A DNA stretch of 64,000 bases, taken from positions 129,163 through 193,162 of the forward strand of contig JAFXHG010000038.1 in NCBI GenBank assembly GCA_017536505.1, given 5' to 3'. This DNA comes from Bacilli bacterium (lineage in GTDB: Bacteria > Bacillota_I > Bacilli_A > RF39 > UBA660). The notes under the pieces are model-generated. The model made no database searches. It was not told the origin of the DNA and saw only the letters and a program-made list of their open reading frames with translations. The position numbers were made by a program, and so were the translations under genes. This document shows positions 56,942 to 64,000 of this stretch, piece after piece (within the stretch, counting starts at the first letter, position 1; every line of letters starts with the position of its first letter).

Positions 56942-56957
56942 TATTTCCCAGGAAATA
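56942..56957. other. Noc-binding-site-like palindrome 1 (15/16 match)
   Basis: TATTTCCCAGGAAATA versus the NBS consensus TATTTCCCGGGAAATA. Confidence 0.55.
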
Positions 56958-57026
56958 TTGTATTTAATTTATAATATTTCAAAAAAATAATACTTAAAAT
57001 TATATTTAATCAATTTATATTATCAA

Positions 57027-57042
57027 TGTTTCACGTGAAACA
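57027..57042. other. parS site 2
   Basis: Exact TGTTTCACGTGAAACA. The palindrome extends to 26 bp (57022-57047). Confidence 0.8.
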
Positions 57043-57130
57043 TTGATTAGTCATAAAAATATTATATTATAAAAATAGATAAATTATAATATTTTTATAT
57101 TTTATTTAATATTTATTTTATCTTAAACTA

Positions 57131-57146
57131 TGTTTCACGTGAAACA
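57131..57146. other. parS site 3
   Basis: Exact TGTTTCACGTGAAACA, 23 nt beyond the SRP RNA T-tract. Confidence 0.8.
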
Positions 57147-57176
57147 TTAGCTTATTTATAAAATCACATAAAAAAA

Positions 57177-57247
57177 GCACACACATTTAGGGATTCTTAA
57201 GGCTGCTGTCTTCCAACTCTGACCTGATTCAAATATAAATGTTGTGC
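57177..57247 (-). ncRNA. ffs: Signal recognition particle RNA, minimal 4.5S-type (domain IV hairpin only)
   Basis: Minus-sense sequence GCACAACAUUUAUAUUUGAAUCAGGUCAGAGUUGGAAGACAGCAGCCUUAAGAAUCCCUAAAUGUGUGUGC + U7. It contains CAGGUCAG...GGAA...AGCAGCC as in E. coli 4.5S (CAGGUCAGGUCCGGAAGGAAGCAGCC). The 12-bp basal stem has one bulge. Confidence 0.8.
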
Positions 57248-57253
57248 ATTAAT

Positions 57254-57282
57254 AATATATTATAAAAAAAAAAAAATATCAA
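57254..57282 (-). promoter_or_regulatory. Candidate sigma-A promoter of the SRP RNA
   Basis: TTGATA (57277-57282), a 17-nt spacer made mostly of a 13-T run, TATATT (57254-57259), then 6 nt to the G at 57247. Confidence 0.45.
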
Positions 57283-57368
57283 TACTTAATTTATATATTT
57301 TTATTATAAATATAATTTTATCCCAATTTATTATGTATATTAAATTATTTATATTTAATTTATACCAA

Positions 57369-57384
57369 TGTTTCACGTGAAACA
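57369..57384. other. parS site 4
   Basis: Exact TGTTTCACGTGAAACA. The palindrome extends to 28 bp (57363-57390). Confidence 0.8.
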
Positions 57385-57400
57385 TTGGTAGTTATAAATT

Positions 57401-57416
57401 TATTTCCCGGGAAATA
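57401..57416. other. Noc-binding-site palindrome 2 (perfect)
   Basis: Exact TATTTCCCGGGAAATA. Confidence 0.65.
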
Positions 57417-57438
57417 TTTTAAATATAAATAAAAAGAA

Positions 57439-57454
57439 TGTTTCACGTGAAACA
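57439..57454. other. parS site 5 (also the likely gyrA terminator hairpin)
   Basis: Exact TGTTTCACGTGAAACA. The palindrome extends to 28 bp (57433-57460), lies 2 nt after the gyrA stop, and is followed by a U-rich tract on the minus transcript. Confidence 0.8.
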
Positions 57455-57462
57455 TTCTTTCA

Positions 57463-60006
57463 TTACTTTTCTATATTATTAGTATTTTTTGAAGTTTGTT
57501 GGATTGTTTGTTCTTCTAATTCATTTTCTTCTTCAGTGTGTTCTATAATAGCTATTGTACTTACTTTTTGGTTATCTTTTAAGTTAATTAATTTAACACC
57601 TTGAGCAACTCGTCCAGTAGAAGATACTTGAGAAAGTGGTAATCTAATAATTATTCCACTATCAGTAATAATCATTAAATCTTCTTCTCCATTTACTATT
57701 TTAAATGAAACTATATTTCCATTCTTTTCTGTAACATTAAGTGCTTTAACACCTTTACTTCCTCTATGAGTCATTCTGTATTGATCTATTTTAGTTTTCT
57801 TACCATAACCTTTTTCTGTAACAACTAGTACATCATCGTTAGCATAAGATATTTCCATACCTACAGCTACCCCGTCTCCTACATCGATACCTCTAACACC
57901 TGATGCAGTTCTGCCCATGATTCTTACTTCATTTTCATTAAATCTAATTAATCTACCATTTGATGATGCAATTAAGATTTCTGCATTTCCTTCAGTAATC
58001 TTAGCTGAAATAAGTTCATCATCTTCTTTTAATGTAATGGCAATCTTACCATTTGTTCTAATGTTTTCAAATTCTGTTATATTAGTTCTCTTAATTATAC
58101 CTTTTTGTGTACAAAGTACAACATAAGCAGGTGCATCCTTTGGAGTTGCCTTTAACATTACATTTACCTTTTCATCTTTTTCTAAAGGTAATAAGTTAAT
58201 TATTGGTAATCCTTTAGATTGTCTATTGAATAATGGTACTTCATAACCTTTCATTCTATATACTTTACCTTTATTAGTAAAGAACATAATGTAGTCATGT
58301 GTTGTCATAGATAAAATATTTTCAACAAAGTCTTCTTCATTTGTTGTCATACCTTTAATACCTACACCACCCCTATTTTGAGCTTTATAAGTATCACTTT
58401 CAACACGTTTTATATATCCTTTATTAGTTAAAGTAATAACTAAATCTTCAACAGGTATTAATGATTCATCATCGATATAATCAATTGCTGTCATATCAAT
58501 AGATGTTCTTCTTTCATCTGCATATTTATCTTTAATTTCAAGCATTTCTTGTTTAATAATAGCTAAAACCTTATTAATATCAGCTAATATTTCTTTATAT
58601 TCAGCTATAAGTTTCAATAATTCTGCAAGTTCTGCTTCTATTTTTTCTCTTTCTAGTCCTGTTAAACGTCTTAATTTTAATTCTAATATTGCATCTGTTT
58701 GTATTTCAGTTAAACCAAATCTAGACATTAATTTTTCTTTAGCTTCTACATCACTATTAGCAGCTTTAATAATTGCTATTACTTCATCTATATTATCTTG
58801 AGCAATCTTGTAACCTTCTAATATATGAACTCTATTTTCTGCTTTTTCTAAATCAAATTTAGTTCTTCTAATAATAACTTCTTTTTGATGTTCGATATAT
58901 TTAGCAATTATATCTTTAAGTCCTAATGTTTTAGGAGTCATATCATCAATCATTAATAAAATAATTCCGTAATTCACTTGGAAATTAGTATGTTTATATA
59001 AATTATTTAATACTACTTGTGGATTTGCATCTCTTTTTAAAGTAATAGTTATTTTAACACCATCTTTTAAATCAGTGTGATAATCAGCTATTCCATCAAT
59101 TACTTTAGTATGAACAAGTTCAGCTACTTTGTTCTTTAATTCTAAAGTATTTACTCCATATGGAACTTCAGTAATAACTATATTGCTATGATTTCCTTCT
59201 TCTTCAATTACAGCTCTACTTCTAATAGTAATTGATCCACGACCTGTTTCATATGCTTTTCTTATTCCTGAATTTCCTAGAATTATACCACCTGTTGGAA
59301 AATCTGGACCTTTAATATGTTCCATAAGTCCTAATGTATCTATTTCAGGATTATCTATATAAGCAACACATCCATCAATTACTTCACCTAAATTATGAGG
59401 TGGAATATTTGTTGCCATACCAACTGCTATACCCATAGATCCATTTACTAATATATTAGGGAATCTTGAAGGTAATACAACAGGTTCTTTAAATAATTCA
59501 TCGAAATTAAGTTTCATATCAACAGTATCTTTTTTAATATCTCTTAAAAGTTCCAATGATATTTTAGCTAATCTTGCTTCTGTATAACGATAAGCAGCAG
59601 CTCCATCTCCCTCGATATTACCAAAGTTACCATGTCCATCAACTAACATATATCTTTGGTTGAAGTCTTGTGCTAAACGAACCATAGCATCATAAATACT
59701 TGAGTCTCCATGTGGGTGGTAATGACCCATAACATATCCTACTGTTGTAGCTGATTTTTTATGTGGTTTATCTGGTGTATTTCCTTCCTCTAACATTGAC
59801 CATAGTATTCTTCTATGTACAGGTTTTAAACCATCCCTTAAATCAGGAATAGCACGTGATGTAATAACACTCATTGAATAATCAAGAAATGAGTTTTTAA
59901 CTTCATTAACAATATTGTTTTCTGCTACTGTATCTCTTTCGTGGAATGTTCCACCAAATTCTTCTTTGTTTTCTACTTCTTTTGTTACTTTTTCTTCATT
60001 TTCCAT
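57463..60006 (-). CDS. gyrA: DNA gyrase subunit A
   Basis: AIPDLRDGLKPVHRRIL, HPHGDSSIYDAMVR (QRDR), six C-terminal beta-pinwheel repeats, 847 aa. Confidence 0.97.
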   Translation of the reverse strand: MENEEKVTKEVENKEEFGGTFHERDTVAENNIVNEVKNSFLDYSMSVITSRAIPDLRDGLKPVHRRILWSMLEEGNTPDKPHKKSATTVGYVMGHYHPHGDSSIYDAMVRLAQDFNQRYMLVDGHGNFGNIEGDGAAAYRYTEARLAKISLELLRDIKKDTVDMKLNFDELFKEPVVLPSRFPNILVNGSMGIAVGMATNIPPHNLGEVIDGCVAYIDNPEIDTLGLMEHIKGPDFPTGGIILGNSGIRKAYETGRGSITIRSRAVIEEEGNHSNIVITEVPYGVNTLELKNKVAELVHTKVIDGIADYHTDLKDGVKITITLKRDANPQVVLNNLYKHTNFQVNYGIILLMIDDMTPKTLGLKDIIAKYIEHQKEVIIRRTKFDLEKAENRVHILEGYKIAQDNIDEVIAIIKAANSDVEAKEKLMSRFGLTEIQTDAILELKLRRLTGLEREKIEAELAELLKLIAEYKEILADINKVLAIIKQEMLEIKDKYADERRTSIDMTAIDYIDDESLIPVEDLVITLTNKGYIKRVESDTYKAQNRGGVGIKGMTTNEEDFVENILSMTTHDYIMFFTNKGKVYRMKGYEVPLFNRQSKGLPIINLLPLEKDEKVNVMLKATPKDAPAYVVLCTQKGIIKRTNITEFENIRTNGKIAITLKEDDELISAKITEGNAEILIASSNGRLIRFNENEVRIMGRTASGVRGIDVGDGVAVGMEISYANDDVLVVTEKGYGKKTKIDQYRMTHRGSKGVKALNVTEKNGNIVSFKIVNGEEDLMIITDSGIIIRLPLSQVSSTGRVAQGVKLINLKDNQKVSTIAIIEHTEEENELEEQTIQQTSKNTNNIEK

Positions 60007-60018
60007 GTATTACACCTC

Positions 60019-61944
60019 CTAAACATCTAAGTTTTCTACAAATTTAGCATTTTCTTCAATAAATGCACGTCTTGGCTCAACTTCATCACCCATTAATTTT
60101 TCAAATATAGCATCTGCCGCCATACAATCATCTACTGTTATTTTTCTAAGAATTCTTTTTTCAATATCCATTGTAGTTTCATTAAGTTCAGAAGCATCCA
60201 TTTCTCCCAACCCTTTCATACGAGCTATTTCTACTCTACCTCTTACGTTTTCTGGAAGAGTTGCTAAATATGCTTCTTTTTCTGCCTCATCAAGTACATA
60301 TTTACGAGTTTTACCATGCATAATTCTAAATAATGGTGGTTGGGCTGCATAAACATGTCCTGCTTCTACTATAGGTTTAAAAAATCTATAAAATAAAGTT
60401 AATAATAATACACGAATATGTGATCCATCGACGTCGGCATCAGTCATGATTATGATTTTATCATATCTTAATTTATCTAAATTAAAATCTTCACCAATAC
60501 CTGTACCAAATGCAGTTATGATAGTTCTTATTTCTTCATTACCTAAAGCTCTATCAAGTCTAGCTTTTTCTACATTTAAAATCTTACCTCTAAGTGGTAG
60601 AATTGCTTGTGTCATTGCATCTCTACCTTTTTTAGCACTTCCTCCGGCAGAATCTCCTTCGACTATAAATATTTCAGATACTTTTGGATCTTTACTTTTA
60701 CAATCAGAAAGTTTACCAAAAAAATTAGTCATAGCTAAATCACTTTTTCTAGTAATTTCTCTTGCTTTTTTAGCAGCATTTCTAGCACGACATGCTAACA
60801 TTGCTTTTTCTATAATTACTTTAGCTTCATCAGGATTTTCATATAAGAATTTTTCAAATCCTTCAGTAAATACATTATCTGCAAGTTTTCTAACTTCACT
60901 ATTTCCAAGTCTTCCTTTTGTTTGACCTTCAAATTGTGGGTTTGGATGCTTACAAGAAATAATCATAGTTAATCCTTCTTTAACATCGTCTCCTGTTAAG
61001 TTTTCATCTTTTTCTTTTAATATATTAAATTTTCTTGCATAACTATTTATAACACGCGTTAAAGCTCTTTTTACTCCTTCTTCATGAGTACCACCATCAT
61101 GCGTATTGATATTATTAACAAAAGAATAAATATTATCATTATATCCATTTGTATATTGAAGTGCTACTTCAAACACTACATTATCTTCAGCACCTTCTAA
61201 ATGAATTATATTTTCATGAATAGATGTTTTTTCTTGATTTATAAATTTAACATATTCTGAAATACCACCCTCATAAACAAAAGTTTCTCCAGTTGTATCT
61301 TCTTCATCTCTATCATCTCTTAAAGTTATTCTTAAACCTTTATTTAAGAAAGCAAGTTCTCTAATTCTTACTTTTAAAGTATTATAATCGTAAACATCAG
61401 TATCAAATATTTCTGGATCGGGTTTAAATGTTACCCAAGTACCTGTTCTATCAGGTTCACATTCTCCTATTACTTTTAATGGTTCTGTAGTTTTTCCACC
61501 ATTTTCAAATTTAATATAATGTACTTTACCGTTTTTATAAACTGTAACTTCTACCCAACTTGATAAAGCATTAACCACTGAAGCACCAACTCCGTGAAGG
61601 CCTCCAGATACTTTGTATCCTCCTCCACCAAATTTTCCTCCGGCATGAAGAACAGTATAAACTGTCTCAACAGTACTTTTCTTAGTTTTAGGATGTATAT
61701 CTACTGGAATACCACGTCCATCATCTTTTACTGTGATTGAATTTCCTTTATTTATAATAACTTCAATATCATCACAGTATCCAGCTAAAGATTCATCTAT
61801 AGCGTTATCTACTATCTCCCATACTAGGTGGTGTAACCCCTTAACATCTGTTGTACCAATATACATACCCGGTCTTTTTCTAACTGCTTCTAATCCTTCT
61901 AATACTTGAATATCCGATGCATCATAATGTGTCTCATTATTCAT
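60019..61944 (-). CDS. gyrB: DNA gyrase subunit B
   Basis: [40 protein letters not shown], 641 aa. Confidence 0.97.
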   Translation of the reverse strand: MNNETHYDASDIQVLEGLEAVRKRPGMYIGTTDVKGLHHLVWEIVDNAIDESLAGYCDDIEVIINKGNSITVKDDGRGIPVDIHPKTKKSTVETVYTVLHAGGKFGGGGYKVSGGLHGVGASVVNALSSWVEVTVYKNGKVHYIKFENGGKTTEPLKVIGECEPDRTGTWVTFKPDPEIFDTDVYDYNTLKVRIRELAFLNKGLRITLRDDRDEEDTTGETFVYEGGISEYVKFINQEKTSIHENIIHLEGAEDNVVFEVALQYTNGYNDNIYSFVNNINTHDGGTHEEGVKRALTRVINSYARKFNILKEKDENLTGDDVKEGLTMIISCKHPNPQFEGQTKGRLGNSEVRKLADNVFTEGFEKFLYENPDEAKVIIEKAMLACRARNAAKKAREITRKSDLAMTNFFGKLSDCKSKDPKVSEIFIVEGDSAGGSAKKGRDAMTQAILPLRGKILNVEKARLDRALGNEEIRTIITAFGTGIGEDFNLDKLRYDKIIIMTDADVDGSHIRVLLLTLFYRFFKPIVEAGHVYAAQPPLFRIMHGKTRKYVLDEAEKEAYLATLPENVRGRVEIARMKGLGEMDASELNETTMDIEKRILRKITVDDCMAADAIFEKLMGDEVEPRRAFIEENAKFVENLDV

Positions 61945-63064
61945 CTAACTTCACCTCTTTGATCTTTATTATGTTGCCATTATTTATATTAAATAATTTA
62001 GATTTCTTAATTAATTTAAGATCTAAATTATTTAAATCAGTAGTTGTAATAATTGTTTGTATATTTTTACTTATATACTTTAACAAATTATTTTTCTTTT
62101 TATCATCTAACTCACTAAATATATCATCTAATAGTAATATTGGAGTTGTATCTTTATATTTTTTAAATATTTCAATTTCAGAGAGTTTAAGTGCCAAAAC
62201 AGCTACTCTTTGTTGTCCTTGTGAGCCATAATATTTTAAATTTTTATCACCTAGAAAAAATTCTATATCGTCTTTATGTGGCCCAATACTAGTTGAACAA
62301 AGTTTAATATCGTAATCTAATTTTTTATTATATTCATTTTTTAAATATTCTTTTAAATTACTATCTTTTAAATCTATTTCAATACTAGGTCTATATTTGA
62401 TATTAAATCCTTCTAAATCCATTATATCTTTATAAATATCACAACAATATTCATTTACTTTTTTAATAAATTTATCTCTCATTTTATATATCATTATAGA
62501 TTTATCTATTAAATAACCTGTTAATATTTCAATATAAATTCTATCTGTAGATATTTTTTTATTAATTTTTTTTAAATACTCATTTCTAAGTTTTAATATT
62601 TTATTATACTCATTAATAAGTATAAAATAATTACTATATAATTGAGATAATTCTAAATTAATATATTTTCTTCTTATTTGTGGTGAACCTTTAATTAATT
62701 CTAGGTCATCAGGGTAAAAAATAATTATATTCATTAAAGAAATATAATCACTTATCTTTTTTATTGTATTATTATTAAATTTTAATACTTTTGTTTTATT
62801 ATCTATATAAATATTAAGTTTATTATCTATTTTATTATTATTAACAATACCTTCTATTGTAAGATATTCACCAGTATTATTTATAAGATTATTATCTATA
62901 AAACTTCGATGTGATTTTGTAAGCCCTAAAACATATATACTTTCGAGTAAATTTGTTTTACCTTGTGCATTTTCTCCATATATAATATTAATTCCTTTTG
63001 TAAGAGTAACATTTAAACTTTTATAATTCCTAAAATCGTGTAATTTTAACTTTTTTATATACAT
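61937..63064 (-). CDS. recF: DNA replication and repair protein RecF
   Basis: Start moved to [14 protein letters not shown] (ATG 63062-63064). [12 protein letters not shown]alker [12 protein letters not shown]alker B. 8-nt overlap with gyrB. Confidence 0.9.
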   Translation of the reverse strand: MYIKKLKLHDFRNYKSLNVTLTKGINIIYGENAQGKTNLLESIYVLGLTKSHRSFIDNNLINNTGEYLTIEGIVNNNKIDNKLNIYIDNKTKVLKFNNNTIKKISDYISLMNIIIFYPDDLELIKGSPQIRRKYINLELSQLYSNYFILINEYNKILKLRNEYLKKINKKISTDRIYIEILTGYLIDKSIMIYKMRDKFIKKVNEYCCDIYKDIMDLEGFNIKYRPSIEIDLKDSNLKEYLKNEYNKKLDYDIKLCSTSIGPHKDDIEFFLGDKNLKYYGSQGQQRVAVLALKLSEIEIFKKYKDTTPILLLDDIFSELDDKKKNNLLKYISKNIQTIITTTDLNNLDLKLIKKSKLFNINNGNIIKIKEVKLDE

Positions 63065-63174
63065 AAATTCACTTTTTTCATTTAAAATCCCCCTATTTTG
63101 AATTTTACTAAGTTTAAATACTCCTATACACCTATATACATTATACCACAAATTACCCAATAAAAAAAGAAAAA

Positions 63175-63630
63175 TTAGTTTTTTTCTTCTAATTTTCTTT
63201 CATATAATTTAGATTTTAACATAGTAGCTCTTACAATTTGATTTTCTAATGAATTTACTGAAATATCTAAATCAATTTTTTCTTCATTTTTAAATAAAAC
63301 TTCACTATTATAATTTTTTTTATTTATAGATTTTATCTTATTTAAAGCAATCCAAGTACTTTGTTTAGTTCTAGTTGAAGAAGTTGGAAAAAATATAATA
63401 TTTCTACTTTCTTCTATTATTATAGGATATTTAGTTTTAATTCCAGTTAAACTTTTTGTACCAATACATCTACCTTCATATGAACTACCATAAAACTCAC
63501 AATTATCTTTAATAATACTATTAGATGATTTTTGTACTATATATTCATCATATTCTTCATAAACTTTAGACATTTCTTCACCAAGTGGTACTATAGCTAA
63601 AGTAGCTGAACTTATTTCATAATTTTCCAT
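63175..63630 (-). CDS. comK: ComK-family transcription factor
   Basis: Colinear matches to B. subtilis ComK, recalled from memory: YEISSATLAIVP / YEVNGATIAVLP; CEFYGSSYEGRCIGT / CRFFGSSYAGRKAGT; PIIIEESRNIIFFPTSSTRTKQSTWIA / PIMVDPSNQIFLFPTLSSTRPQCGWIS; SLENQIVRATMLKSK / SFENQVYRTAWLRTK. Confidence 0.8.
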   Translation of the reverse strand: MENYEISSATLAIVPLGEEMSKVYEEYDEYIVQKSSNSIIKDNCEFYGSSYEGRCIGTKSLTGIKTKYPIIIEESRNIIFFPTSSTRTKQSTWIALNKIKSINKKNYNSEVLFKNEEKIDLDISVNSLENQIVRATMLKSKLYERKLEEKN

Positions 63631-63714
63631 ACTATCCCCCTTTCTTGTTATCTCTTATACACCTTATTTTTGTCGAATTTAATAGAACTATGTCGATAAT
63701 TAAAAAAATTATAT

Positions 63715-63748
63715 AAAAAAACTACAAATTTTTGATTTTTGTAGTTTT
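63715..63748 (-). terminator. Intrinsic terminator of dnaN
   Basis: AAACTACAAA-loop-TTTGTAGTTT hairpin with a 7-A run on the plus strand (U-run on the transcript). Confidence 0.6.
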
Positions 63749-63765
63749 ATACACATATATTTTAA

Positions 63766-64000
63766 TTAATATGTTCTAATTGGTAATATTAATTGTGTTA
63801 AATCATCGTTATCCACATAGTTAATGATAATTGGTTTTATTTCTCCATTAAATGATAATTCAACTTCTTCACTATCAAATGTTTTTATAGCATCCATCAT
63901 ATATTTAGAACTAAATGATATTTTAATATCAGAAGCTACATTCTTTTCTATTTTTATTTTTTCTTCTACATTTCCTATTTCTGGAATATTAGATGAAATA
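63766..64000 (-). CDS. dnaN: DNA polymerase III beta sliding clamp, C-terminal part only (5' end beyond the window)
   Basis: My translation is ...DIKISFSSKYMMDAIKTFDSEEVELSFNGEIKPIIINYVDNDDLTQLILPIRTY*. This is a typical DnaN C-terminus, and the gene sits upstream of recF. Confidence 0.8.
   Translation of the reverse strand, partial: ISSNIPEIGNVEEKIKIEKNVASDIKISFSSKYMMDAIKTFDSEEVELSFNGEIKPIIINYVDNDDLTQLILPIRTY

Noticed and set aside
57264-57276. A13 homopolymer as a phase-variation switch
   Set aside because: It forms most of the 17-nt spacer of the putative SRP RNA promoter. Slippage there would be deleterious for an essential RNA. There is no evidence for variation from a single sequence, so I kept it only as a note in the promoter feature.
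56914-57460. The repeated palindromes as a CRISPR array, MITE or REP element
   Set aside because: The repeats are perfect palindromes of only 16-28 bp, and their spacing is irregular (112, 104, 238 and 70 bp between successive parS start positions). The flanks are not conserved, there are no terminal inverted repeats or target duplications, and there are no cas genes. The sequences match the parS and NBS consensus exactly.
60446-60925. 159-aa plus-strand ORF, and the many other 60-100-aa ORFs antisense to real genes (e.g. 914-1120, 1444-1653, 13798-14028, 19243-19482, 19579-19800, 29738-30004, 47294-47530, 57917-58126, 61917-62231)
   Set aside because: All lie entirely inside strongly supported genes on the opposite strand. 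They have low-complexity Leu/Ser/Phe/Ile-rich translations typical of antisense frames in AT-rich DNA, and they lack RBSs.
61937-63160. Long N-terminal extensions given by the ORF track for recF (and likewise tadA, dnaX, holB, tatD, lgt, bofA, rsmI, the SpoIIQ-like gene and the adhesin)
   Set aside because: In each case an internal ATG is preceded by a good GGAGG/GAGGTG Shine-Dalgarno, and the protein from that ATG starts with the conserved family N-terminus. The longer versions begin at non-ATG or unsupported codons upstream.
63809-63817. Perfect DnaA box TTATCCACA as evidence of oriC inside the window
   Set aside because: It is a single box lying inside the dnaN coding sequence (codons V-D-N). 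There is no cluster of boxes and no adjacent AT-rich unwinding element in an intergenic region. oriC is more likely beyond 64000, next to dnaA.

Overview
This is a very AT-rich window (about 25-30% G+C by eye, not computed) from an endospore-forming Firmicute, lying just to one side of the replication origin. The right edge carries the 3' end of dnaN, then a comK-family gene, recF, gyrB and gyrA, all on the minus strand. Almost every gene from 17.8 kb to 64 kb is on the minus strand, which fits leading-strand orientation away from an oriC beyond 64000. Most of the window is housekeeping genes:
- Replication and repair: tadA-dnaX-ybaB-recR, holB, mfd, dnaB.
- Translation and RNA modification: rsmI, pth, metG, rsmA, rplI, rlmH, tilS, tRNA-His.
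- Other core functions: ricT, tatD, whiA, ftsH, rpiB, lgt, trxAB, xfp.
- Sporulation genes scattered among them: bofA, spoVT, spoIID, a spoIIQ-like gene, spoIIID, cotJ.

I saw no transposase, integrase, CRISPR array or rRNA.

Five things stand out:
1. The 550-bp gyrA-tadA spacer holds five perfect parS palindromes, two Noc-binding-site palindromes and a minimal (about 71 nt) SRP RNA gene.
2. An accessory surface-protein region spans about 0.5-12.7 kb. It has an ER/archaeal-type (SipW-like) signal peptidase fused to a polytopic membrane domain. Two flanking proteins share the N-terminal motif G[FY][AS]AF[ST]SNL[NT]I; one is a 966-aa adhesin-like protein with an internal near-identical 324-bp duplication. 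The region also has a sortase plus a CnaB-stalk adhesin with a non-LPXTG (VPDTL) sorting signal.
3. The mreB/mbl homologue downstream of spoIIID has one in-frame TGA at a conserved glycine.
4. A Met T-box leader controls a dut-metG operon.
5. There is a CotJA-CotJB fusion.

All calls come from reading the ORF translations and the DNA. No database search was run.
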